The notes: a model not told the origin generated them from the letters alone. A DNA stretch of 63,259 nucleotides, filler included, from Bigelowiella natans CCMP2755 (GCA_000320545.1; 12 parts of 12 records of this genome joined end to end with filler, not necessarily neighbours in it); one strand, 5' to 3'; shown: positions 1 through 24,839, numbered from the whole stretch's first letter. Numbers and translations: made by a program.

Positions 1-122
1 CCTTGCAGTGATGCACGCATATTACATGCGGTTGAAGAAGCTGTGTACGTCATCATGGCCAAGTTCAGGGAGACGGTAGGAATGCATGATGACAACTTTA
101 GAGAGACCGTGGTAGGAGGGAG

Positions 123-162
<40 letters not shown>

Positions 163-277
163 GAAGGTCGTGCAGATGCAAGGAGTGTGGAGCGATACGA
201 GAAGTTGAATACATATATGTCTATACCATAATATAATACAAAAAATATAATAAATCTATACATACACACACACAGAC

Positions 278-320
<43 letters not shown>

Positions 321-456
321 CATCTCATCGTATTGATGACTTCGTCCCCACCCCCCTCCTTCCTTCCTATGCATTGGTTACTTCTATCATCCTAAAGCTG
401 CTGAAAAAGCTAGAAAATCCTCACGCGTCTCTTGAAGAACACACTGTCATCATTGG
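1..456 (+). CDS. Internal gene fragment, possibly exocyst component Sec5/EXOC2-like
   Basis: Two GT-AG-bounded exons (~9-75, ~398-456) splice to ILHAVEEAVYVIMAKFRET|LLKKLENPHASLEEHTVIIG. This resembles from memory the Sec5 segment EVE..I..FR..LL.KL....SL.E...II. Confidence 0.4.
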
Positions 457-515
457 GTAGTGCCTTACGACTACTGCTGCCGATGGATACTGCTGCGATG
501 ATATTCTATATTTGT

Positions 516-557
<42 letters not shown>

Positions 558-738
558 GTACATGTCAATATATGCCGTAGTTAGTGTTGTTACGTATGGA
601 TTATTTTCTTTGAAATAGTAATAGAATAAAATGCCGCTTGACGGGGAGGCTCCTGATATCGATAGTGATCAATGGTGCGATTTGTATATAGTGTATTTAT
701 TGTGAGGTCTTTCTCACTTTCTCTCTCTCTCCCTCCCT

Positions 739-770
<32 letters not shown>

Positions 771-844
771 GCCTGTGCTTCTATAAATGCAAAAAAGATT
801 TTTTGGAGAATTTGGATTGCACAAAGAACCCCACATGGAACATA

Positions 845-880
<36 letters not shown>

Positions 881-992
881 ACACAAATTATATTAAAATA
901 AAATTTTGAGCACATATTTTTATGAAAAAAATCCAACGGTGAAGCAACCACGCGCTAGTATATCTTGTCGTTATCATCTTTTTCCCTCCGGT

Positions 993-1027
<35 letters not shown>

Positions 1028-1029
1028 GT

Positions 1030-1129
1030 NNNNNNNNNNNNNNNNNNNNNNNNNNNNNNNNNNNNNNNNNNNNTTAATTAATTAANNNNNNNNNNNNNNN
1101 NNNNNNNNNNNNNNNNNNNNNNNNNNNNN
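1030..1129. other. Artificial contig spacer (N44-TTAATTAATTAA-N44); one of 11
   Basis: The same 100-bp spacer with stops in all frames occurs at 1030-1129, 3554-3653, 23539-23638, 25404-25503, 32089-32188, 48855-48954, 50475-50574, 56778-56877, 57926-58025, 59291-59390 and 61012-61111. Confidence 0.98.
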
Positions 1130-1130
1130 C

Positions 1131-1192
<62 letters not shown>

Positions 1193-1458
1193 CTTGAGGA
1201 TTTGCCTCCTAACCATTTCTTCCTTGGCGCTGCTGCTGCTGCTGCTGCTGCTTTTCTCTCTTTTTGGCTGCTGCTATTGATCCTTGTAAACTCCCCTCTT
1301 TCACCCCTTTTCCTCGACGATAACACTGACGTGGTGATGACAACTTGGCGAGCATGCACGTGCACGCACACGCGGCATCACTTTCTGGGGAAGTAACAAC
1401 GCCAAATGACTACGCACATACACACGTACGTCGTTGTTCCCTCCCCAACTTCGTTCAG

Positions 1459-1962
1459 CACAACGATCTCTCTGGATTCACGACAGAATCAGCAGGGTAT
1501 GTTACTAAGCTTCCACGCCTCTTCCTTCTCCTTTCCTTTCAAAGAGAGGGGGGGGGGGGGGGGGACGGGGCTAATCCCAGTCCGATCCCCTCTCTAATTG
1601 CATGCACACACCTGCATTGATGTTCAATCCTCCCCTCTCTCCCCACCTACCCCACGGAGTCACACACGCTCCTCCTCCTTCGACTCACGAACTTGCTCGT
1701 TTTGACAAATCTCTGATCGTACTTCCTCTCAAAACAACGGTTGCTTCCCGCCATCAGATCCGTCGAGATTGAGTACAACGTCGCGGTCACGCAGGTGCAG
1801 CAGCAGCAGCAGCCGTCACAGAGCGCGACGATGAGGCAAGAATCTGGAATGAGGACCCCCATGTCCACGACCTCGTCGGCCTCGTCGTTCCGGTTCTCTG
1901 ACTTCAGAAACTCCTTGAAAGCAAAGGCGGGTAGGAAAAATAGCTCGACTCGGGGGATATAA
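1459..1962 (+). CDS. 3' end of an unidentified intron-containing gene
   Basis: Exons ~1459-1496 (HNDLSGFTTESAG) and ~1758-1962 (SVEIEYNVAV...KNSSTRGI*) join in frame across a GT-AG intron and have coding-like composition. Confidence 0.45.
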
Positions 1963-2716
1963 CAACAGACGCTGTCTCGCCCTTATTTGCGCGTCGCGTG
2001 CGTCCAGCAATTTTAACATGTGGGCAACGAACTAGCATTGTACACTAATCTGCTCACAGATCTGTGCATACAATGGACTCTCGCGTGCAATGTGTGACAC
2101 TCTAACGCCGTAGCAGCGTGCGGCAGTCGTATATTAACAGCGAACGACACTAGGACATGCTGCACGCTGCACGTAACAGTAGTGCGATCTAGCGATGCAC
2201 ATGCCTGAATGCAAGCAACGCAGGTGTGAGTCACATTGCGGGCAGGGCGCCTCATTTCCAACAGAGAGAAATATGTATAGTGCCACCAATGCCAGTTGCT
2301 ACGTGCGCTACATCGAAGGCTGCTGTCTGCTACGATGTCTTTGCAGAACTACATGCAAGCATGGCTATCTAGCCGTAGCACACGTGTGTGTCGTGCAGCT
2401 TAATGCAGCAAGCCAACAAGCCGAGTTGCCGCCGCATCCTCCTGTCGCAGGTTTCGATCGAACTATCGATTGTATGTGAGACGGATGTAATGAACGAAAC
2501 AATTATATATTTTTTCAATGGTCATCCTAATATGTACGCATGTGCAGAAATGTCGCTTATGTGGGCACTAGCTAGCAGCGTAGGCTCACACATGACGCAC
2601 TAGCAGTGAGCTCAACAATGCATTAATGGCAAGGCCAGCACATGCACACATTGCATGTTACGCATCCGCATAAGCGTGACTACTCGCGCGCATGCAACTA
2701 TCATTGACAACGTAAT

Positions 2717-2753
<37 letters not shown>

Positions 2754-3653
2754 CTGTGTCTATTATAACTCGCATATATTAGCGAATAGCCACGGTGCGA
2801 TGATGATAATAACCAAGGCAGGTTGAAGGCTATGTGGGCCCCCCTTCCCTTTATTACTTTTATAGTTGTTACGCATTCGATCATGATCGATGACGAGCGT
2901 ATTAGCCGATCAAGTAACGTGTAATGACAGAATAACAGCACATATCTTGCAAGGATAAATAACCTGCCGCGTGGACTAGCTACTACGCATTTTCAGGTAC
3001 TACTTCCCACCGCGTGTGCAGACCACAAATAACATTCCCCCCCCCCTCCCCTTCCCTCAGTCCTTCCGACTATCAGATAATATCTCTTTGTTGTAGGTCT
3101 CCACTTGAGTCGGCACATACTCGAATATCATCCGGAAAATCTGCACGATAGAAGGCAGCAGGCCCCGCTCACTCACCGACTCATTCACTCGACATGATGC
3201 CACCGCAGGTAGGACATGTGTGATGGCTTGTTGGAATGACGGTGCAGCGAGACGTAAATCGTATTATTCGCCCCCCCCCCCCCCCCAAAACCAATTGGCA
3301 AGCAATGGACATGTGGACCGCGCATTCTTGTGCACGTTGTCGCACGTGCGCGTGTCGAAATAATGGACGTGCTTTGCCTGGTCTTAGGCCCCTGCTGCCT
3401 TCTGTTTACAGCATTTATTCCTTTTCTTCGAAATCTAGGTAATTAGTGATGGAGCTTGTAAATAAGACATAATTAGACCTCCCCCATGATGCACATGCAT
3501 TGTCTCATTATTCTGGCTTGGAGGTGCAGACTATGAAATGTGCTCTCCCATTCNNNNNNNNNNNNNNNNNNNNNNNNNNNNNNNNNNNNNNNNNNNNTTA
3601 ATTAATTAANNNNNNNNNNNNNNNNNNNNNNNNNNNNNNNNNNNNNNNNNNNN

Positions 3654-4699
3654 GACTCTCGTCGGCAAATGCGTGCAGCACTCGTCCAAGCTGCGTGAAG
3701 CAGGAAGACAAGGTAGTAGAAGACAACATATTAGGCGTGGTAGTAGAAGTGGTAGTAAATTAAGAGTTTGTTTGCGGAGACAGTAATGTGATGGAAGCCG
3801 ACACGAACGTAAACACTAGAGAGTAGAAAGAAACTCGTATCTAATCCTCCCCCCTCCCCTTCTCCTCATAAGGCACGCGCGCTCGTGGATAGCGCCCATT
3901 TGTTCTGGCCTTCGAGCCAAGGGGAGGAGAGCAAGTCTCGCCGCAACGATAGAAAGCTCTTAAAGCTGGTGCAGAGAGCTCTCAAGGCCGCAAACGAATC
4001 GATGAAGGAGCAGGTGATGATACGTATTTATTGCGATCCAAACAGCACTTTTTTTAAATAAAGATTTTCGCTCCTTTTCTCTAGTCGTCTTCTCCGAATT
4101 CCTTTATCCCCTCACCCTTCCTCTCGTCCCCCCACGCCCCCAATCTGGCCTTTAAACCCCGCGTAGGTGGAGCTGTTCGTCGTGATTCTGAACAAGTGCC
4201 TCTTCTTCTTCGAGAAGGAGGTGCCTACCATCACGGTCAAATACGTGCAGGTAGTGCATTCACCCCAACGATTCATAGCTTACTGTTCTCTTTTCAACTG
4301 CAGCCTTCATCCTTTTCTTCTTCTTCTCTTCCTCCCCCCCCCCCCACTTAGGGCCTCATTTGCCTCATCCAGCAACACCTACCGAATCTGGATGTCGATA
4401 GCCCTCAAGACGCCCAGACGCAGGCCTATTACAATAACACCGTCAAATACATAAAGGCTAAAAAGGTAGCAGCCATCAATAATCATGCTATTGATTATAA
4501 AAAATTAAATGCAACATGAACAATCGTCCAAAAGTAGCACATTCTAACATGATGCCGAGGAGCTCAGAATGCACTCGCACCTCCCACCCCCCGAATATAG
4601 CAGCCTCTCACCATCTCCACCCACCAATGTTAGGACTCCGGAGACTCGGATTCCCCTTATCTTGGGCTGGATATTGACAGCGCCACGTCAGCTTCGTAA
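3654..4699 (+). CDS. VPS35: Retromer subunit VPS35, C-terminal exons (partial)
   Basis: Spliced exons give ARALVDSAHLFWP...KLLKLVQRALKAANESMKEQ|VELFVVILNKCLFFFEKEVPTITVKYVQ|GLICLIQQHLPNL...AYYNNTVKYIKAKK|DSGDSDSPYLGLDIDSATSAS*. This matches the VPS35 C-terminus (CAHLFW, LKKALKIA, LFIEILNRYIYFYEK). One apparent 1-nt indel near 3694. Confidence 0.9.
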
Positions 4700-6926
4700 G
4701 GCTTGCCAATCGCCATGCTGAACGCCCCGATCTGAGGCTTCGAATGGCGGCACAAATCTACTCATATTACTACTACTACTACTACTACTACTACACTGCT
4801 GCTGCTGCTTATTACTACTGCAGCTGCTACTACTACTACTACTACTACTACTGCGATGGCCTCCGCCCCCGCTCCTGGCGTTAGCAAAATCGTGGGATCT
4901 CACCAATCTATCATGTCATGCTAGTACGCGGGAAAATGTTGAAGGTGCGGCCTTGCATGCCATTACAAGGATACACTGTCTAGCTATGTGTACATGGTGT
5001 GGCGGTAGGCACTCGTGTGTACGTGTGACTAACGCTGGCGTGCGAGGCAGCATGCATGCGCACAGAGTCCAATGCATTGCATGACCTACTAGCTAGCTAG
5101 TGACCGCGTGACTTGACCGCTTGCGCGCGTGCTAGCATCTAGTCTAGTAGTAGGCATAATGCTAGCATGTGCATGGCACACCTCTAGCTAGGTAGACCTG
5201 CACGTGCATGTGCAGACACACCTGGCTGCTGGGCACAGTGTGGTGCGTCTAGCTAGTGCGTGTGTGCGCGCGTTGCAACGCGAATGTGCGCAGCGTCATT
5301 GCTTGCTGCTTGCGCTGATGATTGATGTCGCATGCTATGTGTGCTATCTAGGCTATGGCAACTGCAACAACGTGCTCGCATGCAGCAGCAGCATCAATTG
5401 ATCACCACGCACTTGACATCAGATCCACATCTGAACAAATCCTCTAGTCCTGCTAAATGCGAGTGACCACGACCTGACAATTTTTGCTGGCTTGCATGAA
5501 ATGCATGCAGATGCCTCCCGGCTAGCCGGTGGCGTCGTGCATGGGCTAGATGGGGGAACAAGGGTCCTTCTTGCATGACCCGCACATCGGTCGGCCACGC
5601 ATGCTAGCTAGTTAGTCTAGCTAGCTAGACATCTAGGACATGACTTTTGCAATTGCCAGATTGGGGGATTTCCTGATTTCTCCAATTTTCTCCAACTAGC
5701 TCACGTGACGTTCTGCAAAGCGTTGTCGCACGTCCAAAGTCGCGGCGGCTAGTTGCCCAAAGTCTCAAGTGCGTGTTGTGTCGGGAATTTGCAGCTTCCA
5801 ACTGCGAGACTTCCTAGGACTTCACTCCATTTCAATTTGGCAACCCTGATGACCCCCCTGCCTCCCCTCACTAGCTTGGCCCCCTGTTTCACTTGTTGGT
5901 GGCACTTGTCGTTGCGCTGGCCCCTTTTTTCTTTCTTGCTCCGATTTTTTCCGAACTAACAGTCTTTTTTGTTGCACGTGATCCCGCCTCACAACCCCGT
6001 ACGTCGGTCCCGATGACGACGGGGTTTCAAATGCTGCAGCGCTTCGCTGCGCGTTGTCCTGTGACGAAGCAGCAGGCTAGCATCAAGGAAAAGTCATCAG
6101 AACTTGTCTGATGTGGCCAAAATTCAAAAAATGACTGAACCGCGCTAGCTAGCTATGCTAGGTGAAGTGTTTATTTCTCGTGGCCCGCTCTAGTGCTCTT
6201 GAAATTTGATGATTTTGTCACTTTTTGAAAATTTCCATGTGATGTGATGGATGTTGAATGATTTGCTCGCATTCATTCGGGATTTTTCGTGCACACATGC
6301 TGCTATGTGTGGATTGCACAAGCACCGCCTGCGTCAAGCATTAAAAATGTGGCAGAGAACGAACGTGCAGCGTGCAACCGCCTGAATGCAATCGGTGCAA
6401 TTTTTGCAACTTGCTGCTCGCAATTCGTTGCAGGTTTGACGGAGTCATTGCTCGCGCATGGCATCTCATTGTTTGTCGGCTCAGGAGATGTGAAATTGTT
6501 TGAGCAAAAGTTTGCCGCCAATGTCAAGTTGCATATGCGTGCTAGCGTGACACCGATTGCTTGCGTCCAATGCTGCCAGAATTGTTGCAATGGGACTTTA
6601 TGTCCGCACACCGCAACGCACGCTCTCGCAACGCATCAAAGCATGAGCTGCCTGCATCATTTAATGCACCATGCAGACACAGCATCGCTCACTCAGCAGT
6701 CCCCATGTTGCGTTGCTAGACAAATGGCTAGATTAGCTTGTAGACCACAACTCACTGTGATGCAGAATCGATTCTGAAATGCAATGACCTAGGCAATACG
6801 TGCACCTTGCGCACAAAGCTACGTCATACTGAACTGCGCAACGTTGTGTGCAACTTGCACAAATGCTGGCACGCCACCGATTGTCCCCCGGTTAGATAAC
6901 ACTCACTACTCCCATGCACCATTTGT

Positions 6927-19290
<12,364 letters not shown>

Positions 19291-19572
19291 GTTATCAGAT
19301 ACTGTTGTCATTCTCTCATGCCTCGGCGTAGGTATGATGCCGCTCCACAAAGGAAGGATAGACATAACCATGCACCATCGTATCTGTTGCAAGCTGTTTC
19401 AGGTTGACAGCGAAAAAACAACTTGTAGGATCGCATTGCGCTCATTCAACTACGCTTATTAATTGAGAGAATATAGTTTAGGCTTACGAAAACACGCTCT
19501 TTTTTTCTCCTCATTTGGTTTTTCATTCCTTTACTGATCCTAGCTCTCCTTCTCCCCCCCTCCCCCCTCTCT

Positions 19573-19613
<41 letters not shown>

Positions 19614-20888
19614 ACTGTGTGTGTGTGTGTGTGTGTGTGCGCGGGCGCGTGCGTTTTGTGTGCTCATTGTGTTGCTCAGTGTATTTCTGTGTGTAAGAGC
19701 TCATACTCCAATTCATCGTCGTGACTTCCGTGAAGGCACTCTTCATAACTGATAGCAGAATGTCACGAAATGTCTGAACAAGAATCTAGAAACATTTTCA
19801 AGTAATTCTTGCATCAACAACGTCGTTGAAGTCATCTCCCTTTATTGTTTCCATTTTTAATTATCACATTCGTTTTTGGGAGAACCCGTCTATCTTTTCC
19901 CTACCGTTGGAATCGATGCTTGGGACGGCTGTCGTGGGCGAAGAAGTGGGCGAAGCAGAACCCCCCCCTGTTTTTGCAGAAACAAGCATTTAAAAAATAT
20001 AAATTACGCGATTGATTTCCCGACTAGATGGACACTCAAAAGTAAATTTCCAGCTCACCTTTTGCCAACGGGGCATGGGCTATCAGCACGGCAGCTACGC
20101 CAACGAGGAGCGCGACGGCCATCAGGCAGTTTCACTTCGCAGTCTCGAATGATCGAATCCTGAAGTGAAATATGAGAAATCACCTACGTTTTCAGAGAGA
20201 GACTGAATCACATTATGCTGTCGCAGTTGCTTGAGGGAGATTCTGCCGGCCAGACGTCAGACGTAGACCGATATTTCATGCCCTTGTCATTTCCACGATG
20301 CGACAAGGTGTTTGCATGCGAAACTCTAGAAACGAATGATGAATGGAACTCTGCGACATTTTCGTTGGTACAGTGAGAATGAAAAATGAAATAACCGAAA
20401 GAAGCTTCGGCAGGTCGGCGCTTTTCTCCAGAAAATACTACAGTTGTGTTCCGAACAAAGAAGAGGACCCATTTCTCTTGTTGGGAGCCGGGCGAAGGCA
20501 TGAAGAGGAATGCGACATAATTTAACATGATGTCGCTCATTTGCAACCGCGTGCAAACGTGGACTCAGCTCTCTGGCAGTTCAAGCCAGACGATACTGAT
20601 CGTCATTGCCGAGTTTCAAAAACTCGAGTGACACTCGAGGGACCCTCTCGAGTTGCACCCTGTTGGCGCTTCGATGCGGCAATGGGCGGGTTTTTCGCAA
20701 CTGGTTTTTCCAATTGGGTTTTTCGGTTGTGAGGGTGGCTTTTCCTCTCATCCCTGAACCACATTCCTGTTCACCGGTGGGACAGACAGACGTGTCGCCC
20801 CACCCACCGGTGACTTGGTTGCCAAACGAAGGTTGTCTGCATCTGCATTGAAGGTTCTTCCCGGATGAAGCCTCCTCGCAATGGTTTT

Positions 20889-21214
20889 TGTTGCGCGTAA
20901 GGTGTTCACAGGCCGAGGCGCTACGTGCACAAGTAGGCAGGGGGGGGGAAAGGCACGTTTGCTTCCTTTTGAAGAGTTGTGTTTATTTTTATTAAAGATT
21001 ATATTTTTATTAAATCGTGCACTGCGTAATCATTCGCGAAGCTTTCGCGAATGCCGCCGCACGTGGGGCAGCACACTTCCGGTGTGCTGCCATGAGTCCC
21101 GCCGGAACCCACGTGCCTATGCTGTATTAATATCTACGTTATCTATATTCTATATCCGCGACAACCCCTTTGTTGTCGCACGTGACTTGTGCCCGCGTAG
21201 TGGTACGCGCTACA
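20889..21214 (-). repeat. 3' LTR of copy 1 (326 bp)
   Basis: Reverse complement of 52395-52720. Identity with copy 2 stops exactly at the ...ACGCGCAACA terminus. Confidence 0.92.
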
Positions 21215-21265
21215 CCTCCCCCAAGTCACGTTGCTCCTTCCTTCCTTCCTTATTCCCTTAGACCT

Positions 21266-23515
21266 TCATCGCTTTCGGAACTTCACCAACCACCAGGTAA
21301 TAGATTCCTCTCTAACCTTATCTCCTTTGTCGCTTACCCAGAACTCACCTTCGTCCTTAGGTTCGTGTCCATACCAGCCCTCTGCATCAAGGTCCCCCAG
21401 GACCTTATACCAGTGCTCAAAGGGTAAGTCGGGAACAGCTAGGTAGAGTAGCTGATATTTTCCGTCCTTTATTTTCATAGCTACCCTCTCCATATTTCGT
21501 AATCCAGGGTAGCCTAGATAGACAATCTTCATGCGCCAATCGTCGTTCACCCTGACCTTATTGTTTCCATATTCCACATCGAACTTAGGTCGGGGTCCTA
21601 AACAAGGCATTGCTCGCTCCCACACAGTAGGGTTTACTTTAACATCCTCTAGGAGCTTCTCACCGATATCATAATTCTTTAGGTGACTGATGTGGCGCAA
21701 GGTGACCCTGTTCCCATCATAGATGTAGTACTGCTTCCTCCCCTTCCTCTCGGTAACCTTTGCAACGCCACCCCAGAAGGGGTCTTGTTTATTTCTCGAT
21801 CTCAGATTTACCTTGGCCCTAACATACTGTCCTTCCTTTAGAACTCGGCCATCGTACGGGACCTTCTCGTCTTCGCTCTCGGTATCGTCGTCGTTGTCGT
21901 CGCCTTCTTCCCTCTCCTTATCCTTGATACCTCCCCCAGACGTGAAGGTGTCGTTTACTAACCCTTGTATCTTGTCTGGTGTGGTGCTATTTATCCTGCT
22001 TAGGTTGGCCAAGGTGCGGTGGAGTCGCTCTACCTTGGAGTTGGACTGGGCATAGTATACAGGTGAGGCATCAATATTAGGGTGTGGTAGCTGTAGAAGA
22101 GAGGTCTCATTATCCACATGTAACTTCTTTGGTATCTTGTTTATGCTAACTTCATCAGGGATAGCCTGGAGCTCAGACTCCCAGGTACGGTAGCAGTTAG
22201 TAAGCCTCTGCTTATATAAGCCTTTGTTCTTCTTAGCAACGTTGACCTTGATAATCTTTTTAACCCAGCACTTTCCAGTGGCCACATCAACGAAGGTAAG
22301 GTAGTGATAGCCATCGTACTTATAAACATCAATTTGCACGATATCTAAGAAGTTCCTTGCTTTGATTTTCTTAGATGCACGGCTCTTGCTGGACTCCTTG
22401 GTGGCGACGCCTGCCGCCTTCAAGCTGGAGCACCTGCAGCCACGCAGGTATGTCCTTATCTCTTTTAGCTTGTAGGGCCAGTAGTAATGGTAGAGTAGAG
22501 CAGTGATATGGTTTTCTCCTACGTGTGCAGGTCCATGGGCGGTAAAGAGAAGGGCTCCCCTGGTCCGCCGTGGCACGTAGGTACGCCTAACATTATTAGT
22601 GTATACATATATCCTATCACTAAGTACCTCATGCTTGTGTTTGTATTTATCCAGGTGTTCTTGAAGGTGCTGGAGCTCCTCTGGCTCAGGCAGGAAGTCG
22701 CCGTCCTCGAAGGTAATCGCGTTAACCATAGGGGTGACCTGGGTAGGGACTTTCTTTTCGAACAGCCTGCTGAAATAGTCAGCAAGCTGCTTGTCTCCTG
22801 GTGCGTAGACCACTGTCCTCTTGTCCCTAAACTCTTCCGTGTCCGCCCTCATAGCTGCATACTCATCGTTAGGCGCTTCGAGCTTGCGGTCGATGCCTAG
22901 GAGGGGCTTGTGGTCAGTCATTAAGGTGAAGCTGGGCACCGACAGCAGGTAGTATCTTAGTTTCCTCTGCGCCTCAGTCATGGCTTTATACTCTCCTTTT
23001 GTAGGGCTGTACTTGGCCTCAGCTGCTGTGCAGGCCCTGCCCCACACCCGTATGATCTGCTGGTCTTGGGTAAGTACAGCAGCCATACCTAGCTTAGACC
23101 AGTCTGTCCATAGGGTAGCTGGTCTAGTAGTGTCTAGCTTAGCATTCAATAGGGTGTTGCTGCATAACTTTATTAGGTTATCGAAGTGGGCATCAAGGCC
23201 AGCCTTGGCCCACACCTTAGCGAAGCTGAGGCCTACAGAGTTCTCCTTCCGGTAAGCAGTAGTAAAAGCAGCTGCAGTCCTAGCGTAGGTAGGGGAGAAC
23301 CTACGTAGTATCCAAGCTGCAGTCTGCAAGAATGACTTTAACTCCTTTGCATTCTTAGGTTTAGGGGCTTGCTGTAGTGCTGCTACTTTCTCGGGGTTTG
23401 GGGTGATGCGGCCTTGCTCCAGGTAATATCCACACCACTTGATTCTTGTAGCTAGGAATGTACACTTCTGCAGTCTAATAGTAAAACCGAAGTGTGCAAA
23501 CCTAATAAATATATT
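21266..23515 (-). CDS. pol: pol polyprotein (partial) with a C-terminal methyltransferase-fold-like extension
   Basis: ORF 21266-23329; the frame stays open upstream to the contig edge. Zn motif AHGPAH...GCRC, core QID...HVDNE...SKVERLHRTL, GPY/F-like module EGQYV...DPFWGGVAKV...RHISHLKNY. Confidence 0.93.
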   Translation of the reverse strand, partial: NIFIRFAHFGFTIRLQKCTFLATRIKWCGYYLEQGRITPNPEKVAALQQAPKPKNAKELKSFLQTAAWILRRFSPTYARTAAAFTTAYRKENSVGLSFAKVWAKAGLDAHFDNLIKLCSNTLLNAKLDTTRPATLWTDWSKLGMAAVLTQDQQIIRVWGRACTAAEAKYSPTKGEYKAMTEAQRKLRYYLLSVPSFTLMTDHKPLLGIDRKLEAPNDEYAAMRADTEEFRDKRTVVYAPGDKQLADYFSRLFEKKVPTQVTPMVNAITFEDGDFLPEPEELQHLQEHLDKYKHKHEVLSDRIYVYTNNVRRTYVPRRTRGALLFTAHGPAHVGENHITALLYHYYWPYKLKEIRTYLRGCRCSSLKAAGVATKESSKSRASKKIKARNFLDIVQIDVYKYDGYHYLTFVDVATGKCWVKKIIKVNVAKKNKGLYKQRLTNCYRTWESELQAIPDEVSINKIPKKLHVDNETSLLQLPHPNIDASPVYYAQSNSKVERLHRTLANLSRINSTTPDKIQGLVNDTFTSGGGIKDKEREEGDDNDDDTESEDEKVPYDGRVLKEGQYVRAKVNLRSRNKQDPFWGGVAKVTERKGRKQYYIYDGNRVTLRHISHLKNYDIGEKLLEDVKVNPTVWERAMPCLGPRPKFDVEYGNNKVRVNDDWRMKIVYLGYPGLRNMERVAMKIKDGKYQLLYLAVPDLPFEHWYKVLGDLDAEGWYGHEPKDEGEFWVSDKGDKVREESITWWLVKFRKR

Positions 23516-23669
23516 TCCAGGAGGAAGATCTGAGCGGGNNNNNNNNNNNNNNNNNNNNNNNNNNNNNNNNNNNNNNNNNNNNTTAATTAATTAANNNNNN
23601 NNNNNNNNNNNNNNNNNNNNNNNNNNNNNNNNNNNNNNATAATACACACTCACAACACTTATACACTAC

Positions 23670-23960
23670 AAGCACCTGTTTATGGCTGTTAAAGTAGCCC
23701 CCCGAGCATCTGGAATGCCTTTCCCAGTCTTCCGGGTCAACCATTGGAAGCCCTGGGATGAGGTTTGGGAAGTGGGTGGGGGAAAGCACCCCATCGACCC
23801 CTGCAACCGTGTCCTCGGGAATAATCGGGTGAAACCCTTCCAAGAACGCTCGCACCTGGGGGGGTTATTTGGGTAGGTGAAGGAGAAAGAGGACACCAGC
23901 AGCAGCCAGGGTGCATGCCCAGGAAGAGGAAGACAGGGCTGGAGGAACGCTCTCTTTCTC

Positions 23961-23998
<38 letters not shown>

Positions 23999-24735
23999 CC
24001 ACTCCCCCCTATTCCCCCCCCCCCCCCACACACACACGCATCATAGCAACCCTCCCCCACCGCGGCGCGTGCTATCACGCATCCGTTTCCTTGACCGCAC
24101 GCACCTGCTTCTCCATGCATCCATGCAGGCGCCATTCGCACACGGCCCTGACGTACTCCGCCTTGTTCTCTTCCGTCACGCGCACGCGCGCGCCATTTTC
24201 AACCAGCTCTACACGCTCCCCCGCCCCCTCCGCAGCAAACTCGTGATCGGTGCCATCCCGGTCATCGAGCACATCGGTGAAGTCCAGCTCGAGGTCCTCC
24301 ACGGAGTTCTCCAGGATGTACTTTACCTGAGGAAAACGGCCGGGGGAGGGGGGAGGGGGGTTGTGGGCATTGGCAAGAGCAGGAAGGGACCAAACACTAC
24401 AACAACAACTACTACCACTCCGACTACAACGATGCAAGTTCTATACAGACGATGATAACAACAGTAGTGCAAGTAGGCAGCACCTTGAATCGGTAGAGCT
24501 GGGGGTCCAGGGCCTTGACATCCTCGTGCGTCCACTCGTACAGCCCCCCGCCGTTCAGGATCAGCTTGCAGAAGGCGGGGTGAAAGCGCAGCGCAATAGG
24601 CACTCTCTTGAAAATAGCGAGGCCCACCAACCGCCCTACACGCAATCCGAGAGAGATGTGAGATCGATTTATATTGCATATCTTAATTTTTAATTAATAT
24701 ATATATATATATATATATATATTTCTCTCTGTCTC

Positions 24736-24795
<60 letters not shown>

Positions 24796-24802
24796 TCTCT
24801 CG

Positions 24803-24839
<37 letters not shown>

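Larger units (their letters stand above)
20889..23515 (-). mobile_element. Ty3/Gypsy LTR retrotransposon copy 1 (3' half: RT end, RNase H, integrase, 3' LTR; truncated by contig end)
   Basis: Domain order RT-RH-IN. RT/connection QKCTFLATRIKWCGYYLEQGRITPNPEKVAALQQAPKPKNAKELKSFL; RNase H TDWSK...E...TDHKPL...ADYFSR; integrase HHCC and DDE core; PPT and TG...CA LTR. Confidence 0.95.

Noticed and set aside
1075-1086. Recurrent TTAATTAATTAA motif flanked by Ns as a biological repeat or CRISPR-like array
   Set aside because: It is a fixed-length artificial spacer used to concatenate contigs.
6289-6777. Overlapping C/H/A-rich ORFs here and in 47954-48542, 2013-2603 and 5204-5585 as genes
   Set aside because: TpA depletion removes TAA/TAG stops, so ORFs open in several frames; no recognisable domains.
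23516-23538. Sequence at the truncated end of retroelement copy 1 (and 48839-48854 after the telomere) as a genuine junction
   Set aside because: It ends in ctgagcggg, which resembles a pyrosequencing adapter remnant; contig-edge sequence is unreliable.
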